Source of the DNA: Octopus sinensis
Taxonomy: Eukaryota
Reading direction: 5' to 3'
Length of the DNA: 64,000 nt
NCBI RefSeq assembly: GCF_006345805.1
Contig: NC_043005.1
Coordinates: 45,322,001-45,386,000 of the forward strand
Shown: one piece after another, positions 1-10,390 of the stretch
Layout of the letters: each line of letters begins with the position of its first letter
Position numbering within the stretch: position 1 is the first letter of the stretch
Program-made: the position numbers and the translations under genes
The notes under the pieces: generated by a model
The model's input: only the letters and a program-made list of their open reading frames with translations
Database searches by the model: none
What the model was told of the DNA's origin: nothing

Positions 1-299
1 GGTGTTAGGGTTAGAGTGGATCGAGTTGCATTACTGGTGCTTATTAATCCCTTGGAGACGGATTTAGTACTGACAGTCTGTACTGTGTGCCAGTATTAGG
101 CCATTCAGTAACTAGTAAGAAGTGATGAAAGTAAATTTTTAATTATATCCAGTTCAAAAGAGAGTAAGTAACTACATAATTTTTCATACAAGGAATTTCA
201 CATTGTATTTACAGATTATTCTCAGTGTGGTATATTTGAAAACACCGTGCCACACAGAGTGAGACATCACATCACTCACACACACAGTGTTTCGATGCG

Positions 300-540
300 G
301 TCAGTATTGATTTCTGTCTGCAATGGGTTAAGTCAACTTTTGAACAATGATAAGTAAAGTGAACTCCTGTAAGGATTTGAACTTGAAGCATAAAATAAAA
401 TAATAATGTTGGTTCCTAAACATGATACAAGGACTCTGATCTGGGGGATCAGAACATGATCTATTTATTTGATCCCCTACAGTGTGACCCTGCCATTTCT
501 TTCCCTCCAAGTATGACCTAACCAAGACTGTAAAGGAATG
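300..540 (-). mobile_element. Degenerate CR1/L2-type LINE reverse-transcriptase fragment
   Basis: Minus strand translates to RSYLEGKKWQGHTVGDQ, resembling the SYLEGRKQRVTV / LGPTLF region of CR1-clade RTs; frameshifted. Confidence 0.45.
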
Positions 541-690
541 TAACTAAATATCATAAAGTGTTTATTCCATTATTCTACCAATTTTGACACCTGCAAACCT
601 CTATAAGATACTCCTCTTCCTCTCCCTCCTACTACTACTACCACCACTACTACTACTACTACTACTAATAATAATAATAATAGTAATCAT

Positions 691-883
691 TTCTACTAAA
701 GGCTCAAGACCTGAAATTTTTGAAGAGGGGCTTACATCAACCCCAGTGTTTCACTGGTACTTATTTTTTTCAACTCCATGGGTGAAAGGCAGAGTTGACC
801 TTGGCGGAATTTGAACTCAGAATGTAAAGATGGACGAAATGCCATTAAATATTTTGCCTAGTGTGCTAATGATTCTGCCAACT
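691..883 (-). mobile_element. tRNA-derived SINE family A, diverged
   Basis: Reverse complement matches the intact copy at 15481-15712 (GTTCTGAGTTCAAATTCCGCC..GGTCAACT..CCTTTCA; AAGTACCAG). Confidence 0.8.
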
Positions 884-890
884 TTCAGCA

Positions 891-1070
891 GGCACAAAGT
901 CAGCAATTTCAGGGAGAGAGATGATTATAATACCCCCAGTACTTGACTGGTACATTATTTCATCAGAGTCAAAAGGCTGGAAAGCAATGCTGACATCACC
1001 AGGATTTGAACTTGAAGATATAACTAAGCATTTTGTTCAGCACACTAACAATTCTGCCAGCTCACCACCT
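891..1070 (-). mobile_element. SINE family A, diverged, internally deleted
   Basis: Same modules (GTACCAGTCAAGTACTGGGGG, GAGCTGGCAGAAT head) on the minus strand. Confidence 0.7.
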
Positions 1071-1109
1071 GAATAATAATAACAATAATAATTGTGGACT
1101 CTCCCATTG

Positions 1110-1387
1110 AAGGCATATGAGCATTCAGCTTTTGCCAAATGACCTGCTCAGATGATTTGTTTATAGTGATTAAATGTTCGTGCCACATATTATCTCACTC
1201 TCTACATCAAATCAATGTCATCTGAACAGGTGTACTGTGTATCATGCGTCAGGTATTGAAGTGACCACAGAGCAACATGAAATGAAGTGTTTTGCTCAAG
1301 AACACAACACACCATCCAGTCTAGGAATTGAAATCATGTTCACTTGATCATGAGTGCAATGCCCTAACCACTTACCTATGCACCCTC
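1110..1387 (-). mobile_element. tRNA-derived SINE family C
   Basis: Reverse complement has a GTGGTTAGGGCATTG head and TTCTTGAGCAAAACACTT body, as in 14170-14517. Confidence 0.65.
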
Positions 1388-1408
1388 AATAATAATAATT
1401 ATAATTTT

Positions 1409-1592
1409 GGCACAAAGCCAGCAATCTTAGGGATGGAGATAGTTGATTACATTCCCCCTAGTACTTGATTGTTACCTTATTTCATCAAAGCCAAAAGGAT
1501 GGAAAGCAAAGTTGACCTCAGCAGGATTTGAACCTGAAGATGTGACTGAGCATTTTGTCCAGTGCACTAACAATTCTGCCCACTCACCACCT
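1409..1592 (-). mobile_element. SINE family A, diverged, internally deleted
   Basis: Closely resembles 891-1070, including the same internal deletion. Confidence 0.7.
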
Positions 1593-2204
1593 GAATAATA
1601 ATAATAATAATAATACTGATAATAATAATAATAATAATGATATTGTGTTAGGGAGTTTGTCCGCAGTTCTTTACGCTTTCATGTCAGGTATTGTATTTAA
1701 CTTTTCCAAGCGAGTTTTATTATTAATTTGTGTGTGTGCATGCACATCATCTCTTCATTTTTATACTCTCTCTCTCTTTTCTTAACCCTTTGTTGATATA
1801 TTTTCCAATTTACTATGTTTGTTCCTAACAGAACAGTGTCCATTTTTTACATGTTTTATCAGCTCAACAATAACCTAGATGTTCATAAGAAAGTGTATAA
1901 TTACCTGCTATTCAGTTGCAAATGTTGCGTAAGGTGACTGTTATGAAATCTATTGTGGCTGGTTTACCTTAGTGCCCTATTGCCACTGCCAAGCAGTGCT
2001 TCTCTTTCTTTCGCAAACTCGAGTCTATAGAAATGATTTTTATCTTTCTCACAACGCATTCATTCAATTATCGTGTTTGGGAAAAGAAGGTATTCCCTAA
2101 GTTTTTAGTGTTAGTTACCAGTAAAGCAAAAAGTGTTATTAAAAGGAGTGAATGATGACATTAGCTCTATTTATCCATTTCACGATGGTAATACTTCTCT
2201 GTTT

Positions 2205-2236
<32 letters not shown>

Positions 2237-2845
2237 CCCCTACTACTACTACTACTACTACCACTGTGAAAGTATTAGAGCTATTCTTCTTCATTGATGC
2301 TTTCAGTTTAGCATATCTCATTCTTTTTTCTTTCCTTTTTTTTTTTCACCATTTGGAACATTTTATATGGATGTTGGGTTCCAAATATATTTTCTCTTTT
2401 CCCATTATTAGATTTTATCTTTCATCCATATCATCTTATGATTCATTATAGTTGTTACCTTAGATGTACATACACATTGTTATTTCGTGCAACTATTCTA
2501 AATATTCAAAGCTGTAAGCGCAATTTTTCTGGGAGCAATGTCCGACTAAATGTTAATAACCTTTCACAGCTGGTGCAGTAGTTCTTGCCATGTCTCTTCT
2601 CTTCCCAATACACTCATACATCCAGCAATGTTGTTTTGTACATTCTTATGAGCAGCATTTCCCAAACTATGTTTGTTATAGGACACTTATATGATCTTCC
2701 AAAGGTTGTAGGACTCATATCTTTGTTCTCTGTAATGGTTTGCAGTGGGCTTGCACATAAATTTGCTTGTGTGCAAATTTTGTCTTGCTTTGCAAAGTAT
2801 ATGTACATCCATGAAAGTAACCATCTCTTAAATTTGTTCAATTAA

Positions 2846-3057
2846 CCCTTTAGTATTCAGATTCCTGTCAAATGTGATGCTTATTCATTGCTGTGGAATT
2901 AGTTATGCATTATCTTATAACTTCAAGATTTCAATAATGAGATTGCTTACTTTTAGAATGACATTGTAGGGTAGGTGTGAGATGCTAGATCTAGTCAGTA
3001 TAGAACATAAAACAGGTAGAATATTTTGTTGGATAAAGCTGGTTTAAATGCTAAGAG
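2846..3057. mobile_element. TTAA-flanked MITE (piggyBac-like termini), family E
   Basis: TTAA|CCCTTTAGTATTCAG ... AATGCTAAGAG|TTAA; about 210 bp; several related copies in the window. Confidence 0.75.
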
Positions 3058-3309
3058 TTAAAAAAGTCTGATTTCATTTTAAACTTCGTGTGTGCACACA
3101 TTTCCTTTTTCTTCCCTAGGTGTAAAACATGCATGCACACTAGCATACAATTTAGAAGGAACACTGCCCACAACTATATTTTACAGACAACTCCTAACGC
3201 CTTAATCTTGATAAGATACTAAATGAAATGTTATTTTAGGGAGAGAATTTATTCATATAAAGGAAAAGTGCAGAATTTACCCACTCCCTTTACATCTCCA
3301 ACTTGAAGC

Positions 3310-3860
3310 ACTCTTCTGATGAATGAGACCTCAGCATTATTGTCAACAATGATCTGTGTTGGATGAACCATATTTCTATAATCATCAGAAAATCACATCT
3401 TAGCATCATTGTGTATGGCCCTTGTCAGCTGCTCACTGGCTATCTAGTTAAAGCTATATCAGACTATGGTATGTCCATACAGTTTGCATCTCAAGTCTGG
3501 AACATCCATCTTATCCAGAATATCAGTCTGCTGGAAGCTGTCTAGACACATGCTGCCAGACGAATACCCTTAATCAAACACCATATCTTGAATAACTTGC
3601 TTCTCTTGGCTTTGCTACCCTAAAGTTTCCACACCTACTAACAGACATTGTAGAATCCCAAAAGATTATTCCCAAAAGTTGTCTTCCCAATGACAACTTT
3701 TGCTATCTTTTTTTAATGCTACCACCCATTCAAAATAAAATAAAATAAAAAAGCACAGCATTTGTGACTTTCAAAACTATTTTTTCACAAAACTGTTGAA
3801 GCATGGAATAAATCACCTGCATCTGTTGTTAGCTGTCAGGCAACAACATTCTTCAAAAAC
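3310..3860 (+). mobile_element. CR1-like LINE ORF2 C-terminal remnant
   Basis: Frameshifted translations IIVNNDLCWMNHI, YQTMV, FASQVWNIHLIQNISLLEAV and KTVEAWNKSPASVVS resemble CR1 RT C-terminal motifs (YASPVWNPH..DI.LLE.VQ; VWNSLP). Confidence 0.7.
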
Positions 3861-4870
3861 TCTATGCCTCCCAAAATTTACCAACACTTCTCTTTAAATG
3901 CATATGTGCAGCTTTTCTTCTTTACGATCTTTCTAATGTCCACTTCTATCTTTTCATATTTTATTCTGTGTACTATGCATGCACATTTGTTATCCTTGTT
4001 GTCAGTCCTTACTCGTCTTATTGCTGCTTTCTGTACCCTCTTTCTTCTTTTCTAGTGTCTTGTAGTACATATGAACATTGTATGCAATAAACTCATTAAT
4101 ATTATAAAAACATTACTTTGACATTGTGAATCCCATTTTCTTTTTCTTATATAATATAATTTTTTATTAGATTTTATTAAAAGATGCTCATCTTGCGGAA
4201 CCCCAGATCTTTTGATACACCATTGGCTTCTGGGAAAGAAATACTGAACTAGAGTATATACTTCTGTTTGTAACTATCTTTGTGTGTTCAACTGAACTGG
4301 AGGCGTGATATATTTATAGATATATCTAAGTAATTGTATGTCTATAGGTGCTGGATTCCTCTTCATATGTCCTACTCTTTTCAACTACAGACTCAGGATG
4401 GATAAGGTAGTGGACCACCTTGTAACTTCAAATCCTCTGCAATCATTTTGTAGCGTTTGTGTGCAGAGCACTTCATTCTACATTACCTTGGTCTGCTTAG
4501 TGGATGAGGTACTAAGTATTGGCTCACCTGAGAATGTTACTTGTAACATGCCAAAAGTAATTTACTCTTATCTCCTTAATACTCTGATTCTAGAGCTAAG
4601 CACTAGACTTTTAAACTCTTTATCAACAGGTGTAGTTATATAAAGCAGGTTATATTATTAAGCAGTTGCGCTTTATTTACCTGAATATTTTGGTAATTCA
4701 GTTTGTGTTGGTTATCGATTTCTTTGTTACATAATGCATACTTTCATTCATACATACATATATGTATGTATAAATATGAAGTGAAATTAAAACAAGAAAG
4801 AACACCTATATGTAATCTAGTCTCAGTTTTCCTATGGCTGCATATCTCTCCACCTACCCTTCATTATGCT

Positions 4871-5052
4871 GGTTTCAAATTTTGGCACAATTTTGAGGGA
4901 GGAGTTAAGTTGATTACATCAACCCCAGTACTTAACTGGTACTTACTTTATCAACTCTGGAAGGATGAAAGGCAAAGTTGGTCTTAGTGAAATTTGAACT
5001 CAGAACATAAAGACAGACAAAACACAGCTAAGCATTTTGCCCGGTGTGCTAA
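4871..5052 (-). mobile_element. SINE family A
   Basis: Reverse complement matches family A body and 3' CAAAATTTGAAACC end. Confidence 0.75.
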
Positions 5053-5188
5053 CTCACTGTCTTTACTTCTCATTATATTAAAGTATGGTTGGGACAACAT
5101 TTGTAAATTTTGTTAATAAAGTATTTAAGGAATTCACTCTTACATTATTTACATTTGACAGATATTTGTTCTCATCTTGTTTGTTGTT

Positions 5189-5231
5189 AACACATTTTGG
5201 CTGATATACCCTCCAGCCTTCATCAGGTGTC
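5189..5231 (-). ncRNA. Hammerhead ribozyme remnant in PLE-1 left arm
   Basis: Minus strand GACAC-CTGATGA-A-GGCTG..CAGCC-AAAAT-GTGTT: intact core 1, stem I and stem II, but GAAACGT is damaged. Confidence 0.55.
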
Positions 5232-6313
5232 TTGGGGAAATTTCGAACTGGGTTCTCATTCCTAAGGTATTTTTCGATGTTATTCAGGTCACTGCCTGGA
5301 ATTGAACTTGGAATCTTGGGGTTAGTAACCCGCGCTCTTAACCACTGTGCCATATGCCCATGGGCAACTATGGAGTGAATTTTAGGGCTTATAAATCTAA
5401 TATTTTCCTATCCTTCCTTAATACCGGTTCCCATATGCTATTCATATCTGCATTCGATCTGCTTAGGAGGTTGTTGTGTCCTAGCATATGTGCTACTTCT
5501 TTTAGTTTTTGTATTTTCCAGTGGTGTTCTCTGTCTATTATTTTAACTTCATCCCACAGGAGGAGGTGGTCTCCATTTTTCCATACATGATCAGCTATAT
5601 CCGATTTATCAATATCTCCTCATGTCACAGCTTTGCGATGTTCCTCTACCCTTATTTTGAGGGGGCGGCATGTTTCACCTTTGTTTAACCTACCACAGCT
5701 GCATGGGATGGAGTACACGCAGTTTTTGGTCATATTCTCTTCTATTGGTGGTTTTACCCAAAGTAGATATTTGCAAAGTGTTGTATTACTCTTGAATACT
5801 GTCCTGATGTCATATGGGCCACCTATCTTTTGTATCTTTTCGGAGAGGCCTTTCACATAGGGTAGACAGACTGTAGACAGTTTATTGATTTCATCCTCTC
5901 TTTTCTTCATAATTGGAGTAGTAGTATGTTTTTGGGGGTAGTTGTTGCTGAATAGATTGTTACTGAGCTTGATCATTTCTTCGTGGTGGGTATCACAATT
6001 GCTACTTATATTCTTTGCTCAATGATTTAGGCACTGAACAATTCCTCTCTGTGACACAAGGAAATATTGATAAATCGGGTATAGCTGATCATGTATGGAA
6101 AAATGGAGACCACCTCCCCCTGTGGGATGAAGTTAAAATAATAGACAGAGAACATCAGTGAAAAATATGAAGACTAAAAGAAGCAGCACATATACTAGGA
6201 CACAACAACCTCCTAAGCAGACCGAATGCAGATATGAATAGCATATGGAAACTAGTATTAAGGAAGGATAGGAAAATATTATAAGCCCTAAAATTCACTC
6301 CATAATTGCCCAC

Positions 6314-6387
6314 GGGCATATGGCGTAGTGGTTAAGAACGTGGGCTACTAACCCCAAGATTCTGAGCTTGATTCCAGGCAGTGACCT
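6314..6387 (+). promoter_or_regulatory. tRNA-like Pol III (type 2) promoter module inside the PLE 3' region
   Basis: A box TGGCGTAGTGG (6321-6331), anticodon-like arm GGG-CTACTAA-CCC and B-box-like GAGCTTGATTCC (6364-6375). Homologues at 5285-5359(-), 35731-35804(-) and 37415-37488(+); the last has GAGTTCAATTCC. Confidence 0.7.
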
Positions 6388-6469
6388 GAATAATAATAAT
6401 AATAATAATAACAACAACAACATCGAAAAATAGCTTAGGAATGAGAACCCATGTTCGAAATTTCCCCAA

Positions 6470-6515
6470 GACACCTGATGAAGGCTGGAGGGTATATCAG
6501 CCGAAACATTGTATT
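6470..6515 (+). ncRNA. Minimal type I hammerhead ribozyme (PLE-associated), degenerate copy
   Basis: GACAC CTGATGA A GGCTG-gagggtatat-CAGCC GAAA CAT T GTATT: CUGANGA and GAAA cores around a 5-bp stem II. Stem III reads ACAT here but ACGT in the 35623-35660 copy. Confidence 0.7.
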
Positions 6516-7107
6516 ATCAACAAACAAGATGAGGACAAATATCCGTCAAATGTAAATAATGTACATAATTCCTCATCTCTCAAATATAGAACTGAATTCA
6601 TTCTTATTTGGATTTTTCTGGAAGCTCATTCTATACAATGCACATTTTTTGAGAAGAATTTTTCAATGGTTATTGCTACCGATCCCCTCCCCACCCCCAC
6701 CCCAACTATTTTCAGGTTCAGAAACAGAAAAGATCTTAACAATATTTGAACTTAGAACATATTAATTCAGGGATTTATTTGTGTCTGATTGTATCTTCTA
6801 TACTGCCTTCATTTCTTTTGTTTAAGTCTATAGGTGTATGTATGTGTAAAGTTATTTATTTATACATAGAACCGTAGAACAGATAAAATTCTTTTAAAGG
6901 CTGTTATAAATGTTTGTTTTACTCATTAAATATTTATATTATTGGAATTATAAACAAGACCTTTATACAACCACTCAATACATCATGTCTTTTGAATACT
7001 TATAAGAATAGGCAAGCTGAGCTTAGCTAAAAAATGGGGTTGTTGGGGTGGTGTCACCAATGTTATTTTTTAGTAGTTAGTTATTCCACCCATGCACTGC
7101 ACACACA

Positions 7108-7152
<45 letters not shown>

Positions 7153-7165
7153 CCTCCCTCCCTCC

Positions 7166-7202
<37 letters not shown>

Positions 7203-7599
7203 ATTTTATCTCCTAAAACCTGATATCAGTTTCTTCCTTTTAGAATGATTAGACTTATGCAACATTTTATATCAAATTTAAAAGACATTTTAGCAAGGAA
7301 AAAGAATTAGAAATCAGTGTATCTCTGCAAATCATCTCTTCATAGTTTTCAGTATCAGCACTTCTATTTTGGATAAGAATACATTTGCTATCTGCCTCAC
7401 ACACACTCTCTTCTTCCTCATCCTTTCTTTCTATCTTACCTGTCTCAAGTCAGTCAAATCAATCTTCGTCAAATGAGCCTTGGTTTTTCCTCAATATATT
7501 TCTGATTTTGTCATCGTTAATATCCTATCACATTTGTTCTCCTGAGTGTTATTATTATTCAGTTTTTACTTACTAGTATGTATGTTTATATGTATATAT

Positions 7600-7746
7600 A
7601 TATATATATAGTTGAAATTTATAGAAAAACAAAAGATGAAGACATGTATATGAAGTGTATGAACAATGAGCAAGTGTATTAGTTTGATGCTTGGGAAGAA
7701 TGAAAAAGTCTTTTACATTTCAAACCTACGCTCTTCAACAGAAAAG
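7600..7746 (-). mobile_element. Terminal fragment of a second putative PLE-type family with a hammerhead-like motif
   Basis: Minus strand CTTTT-CTGTTGA-A-GAGC-GTAG-GTTT-GAAA-TGT-A-AAAG. The adjoining ~100 bp is homologous to 61220-61340. Confidence 0.5.
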
Positions 7747-8690
7747 AGTAAGAGAAATTAAACACAGAGAGATAGAGTGTGTACACACACACACAGTTGA
7801 CTGTCTGCCTCTAGCTGACCTAACAGAAGTACCTTTAAAATAGGTTAGAGAAGATATTAATGTGCAAGCAGTTAAGAAGACAGAGACCTTGAAGGCTCTT
7901 CAGGTCAAGTTGAAGTCGTTCTAGAATCTAACAGCATGAAGAGTTGATAAGAATGTAAATCACAGTATTATGTAATCATGCTGTTGGAGAGAGGGAGGTG
8001 GGCATGGATATATCTGCCTTTTCCTTCACTTCCCTTATCAACAAATGCATGAGTATGGCTGCTAATATTATAAGATTGTAGTTTATGTTTTTTCTAACAT
8101 AGAAGTCCTTGATTACTTCATGTTTGTTTCAGTGTGAAATAATAGCTATATCTATTCACTTCTCATTGGTTTGTTTTGAAAATTCTGAAGACAAAAGGGC
8201 AATCAGATTCTGATGATTGAGGTTTCTTGTTGCTTTTGCTATTATATAGCCCCAGCTAAGCTTAAGATCCAAGATGTTTCAGGTTGTGACAACCCTGTTA
8301 TTTTTCTTCTACACATAATGTACCTTGGACATCATTATCAACTGTGTTCTTTTTTTTTTAAAGAGGGCAAAATGTAAGTGAGATTTTGCTTCTATTTCTA
8401 GCACATAGAGTGACTACGTAGTGGTTTTCACATTAACTAGAGCATCATAGTTGAAAATTTACCGCACACCTATTGCTTTATAAAAAAACAATGGTTTCAT
8501 GGATTCTAATGGCTAACAAAATAGTTTTTTTGTGCGGTCCTTTAAGGTTAAATTTATGGTGGAGGTGCTTAAAACGTAATATAATTCAATCATTGATAAA
8601 TTTGGGGTTTGTTTTGTATCTTAAACCTGGATTCCTATTCAGCCTTCTGAATTTCATCAAAAGTATTTTCCAGCATCAGCAGTTAGAACT

Positions 8691-9084
8691 GGGTACCCAT
8701 AAGAGCAGTGGTTCTCAGACTGACCAGAACCAGTCCTAAGCACACACTACAAAGGTATTGGTGAAACTTTTTGGGGCCCACTTTCACCATTATTAATGAG
8801 AAAACAGAATAGAGTTTGCATCCATAAAATATTTCTGTGTATGCCAAGGTATTAGATATGTGTAAAAGTTTAAACCCATTGGGTACCCATAAGAGCAGTG
8901 GTTTTCAGACTGACAAGAACCAGTTCTAAACACACCACAAAGCCACTTGCACCACAACAAAGGTACTTGCAAACTTTTGGTGGGGTCACCTTCACCCTTT
9001 TTATTAAGAAAACAATAGAATTTGCATCTACTAATTTTTTCTGTTTGCAAAGGTTTGGGACATGTGTAAAAGTTAAAACCCATT
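8691..9084 (+). repeat. Two-unit ~190-205 bp tandem repeat
   Basis: GGGTACCCATAAGAGCAGTGGTTYTCAGACTGAC starts at 8691 and 8881; both units end in TGTGTAAAAGTTWAAACCCATT. Confidence 0.8.
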
Positions 9085-10100
9085 TTAATTTTATTAACAC
9101 TTTTTTGCTATGAAAATCAGATACATCCATTCAAAATTTCATTACCCTGAACTGCAGAAAGCAATTCTGTATTGCCAATGTCTTTTGTTGAAAAATCTTG
9201 AGTTTGAAACTATTTTTCTGTTGAAGTATGTCAAGTTTGAGGTAACATGACTTGCAGAAAATACCAATTCTATTTTTTGGTAGATATTTAATATTGTTGC
9301 TGGAATAAAAATACAATTTCATTTTGCAGTTAAAGGTGAAACATAGCAGTTTGACTACTACCTTTTCAATTCTCACAGGCTTCACCTATGAGAAACACTG
9401 CTTTTAGGAATTCTGTTTTTAGTCTATAAGGAGAAATTTTTAAACTTCCTACTGGCTTCTTAAAAACTCAGAAGTTAACATTTGTAAAACTTTCTCAAGC
9501 CTTCAGTGGCTTTTGAAAGCCTTTACTTAACTCTAAGGTTCTTGTGTGAGTTAAATCAGAGATGATTAATTCCTCTTTATAACTAGTACATCGGTCTATC
9601 CCTAACAATATTCCCACGTGAGGTGATATCTATTCACAGCAGCTATGTAAATTTGAACACACGATCTACAATCTGGTTATCCAAAACTATATTTGGTTGC
9701 TTTGCTTGCTTCTATTTCAGTCAAATGTTTGTATGCCTATATCTCCATATTATTGTAGTGAAATAGCTGAGTGGACGTAGTAAAAAAAAAAATGTAATGT
9801 GTTAATTGATGGTTTTGAATAACATGCATTTATCAATGAACAAAAGAATGAGGCAGTTTACTCAATGTAAAAAAAAAGACACCCCACTACTTAGACATTA
9901 ATCTTTGTTAATAAAACATAACAGCAGCAGAATTTATTATGCTGTCTGTTATAATGCTGCTTCAGCACTAGGTTATATGTATATGAATCATGTCATTGCC
10001 CTAATATCACATGATTCCAACTCACTGATGATAGTACTGGCAACTCTAGCATACCCTCTTGTTCTGGATATAAATCAGTTTTAATATTGTTTATAGTCTT

Positions 10101-10318
10101 AAGGCGGCAAGCTGACTGAATTTTTTGCATGCTGGGCAAAATGCTTAGTGGCATTTCATCTGTCTTTATGTTCTTAGTTCAAGTTCCACCAAGGTTGACT
10201 TTGCCTGTCATCCTTTCGGGGGTTTGATAAAATATGTACCAGTTGAACACTGGGGATTGATGTAATTGACTTACCTCCTCCTCCGAAAATTGCAGGCCTT
10301 GTGCCAAAATTTACTACC
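10101..10318 (+). mobile_element. SINE family A with 18-bp target-site duplication
   Basis: AATATTGTTTATAGTCTT at 10083-10100 and 10319-10336 flanks an A-family copy. Confidence 0.9.
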
Positions 10319-10390
10319 AATATTGTTTATAGTCTTTAAAAAGCCGATTTATATCCAGAACAAGAAGGTACACCAGAGTTGTTTATAGTC

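Larger units (their letters stand above)
5141..6594. mobile_element. Penelope-like element (PLE-1), 5'-truncated, fold-back structure
   Basis: Minus arm 5141-~6048 encodes a GIY-YIG endonuclease (CVYSIPCSCGRLNKGETCRPLKIRVEEHRKAVT). Plus arm 6049-6594 repeats the 3' part (IADHVWKNGDHLPLWDEVKIIDREH). Arms 5141-5630 and 6049-6563 are inverted repeats. Confidence 0.85.

Noticed and set aside
1-20. TTAGGG telomere-like hexamer at the window start
   Set aside because: Only one exact unit; no array.
6314-6387. Functional tRNA gene (apparent ACT anticodon)
   Set aside because: No acceptor-stem pairing or terminator, mutated B box, and embedded in all four PLE arms; treated as a tRNA-derived module.
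5141-6594. L1-style twin-priming inversion
   Set aside because: Twin priming gives non-overlapping inverted segments; here the same sequence is duplicated.
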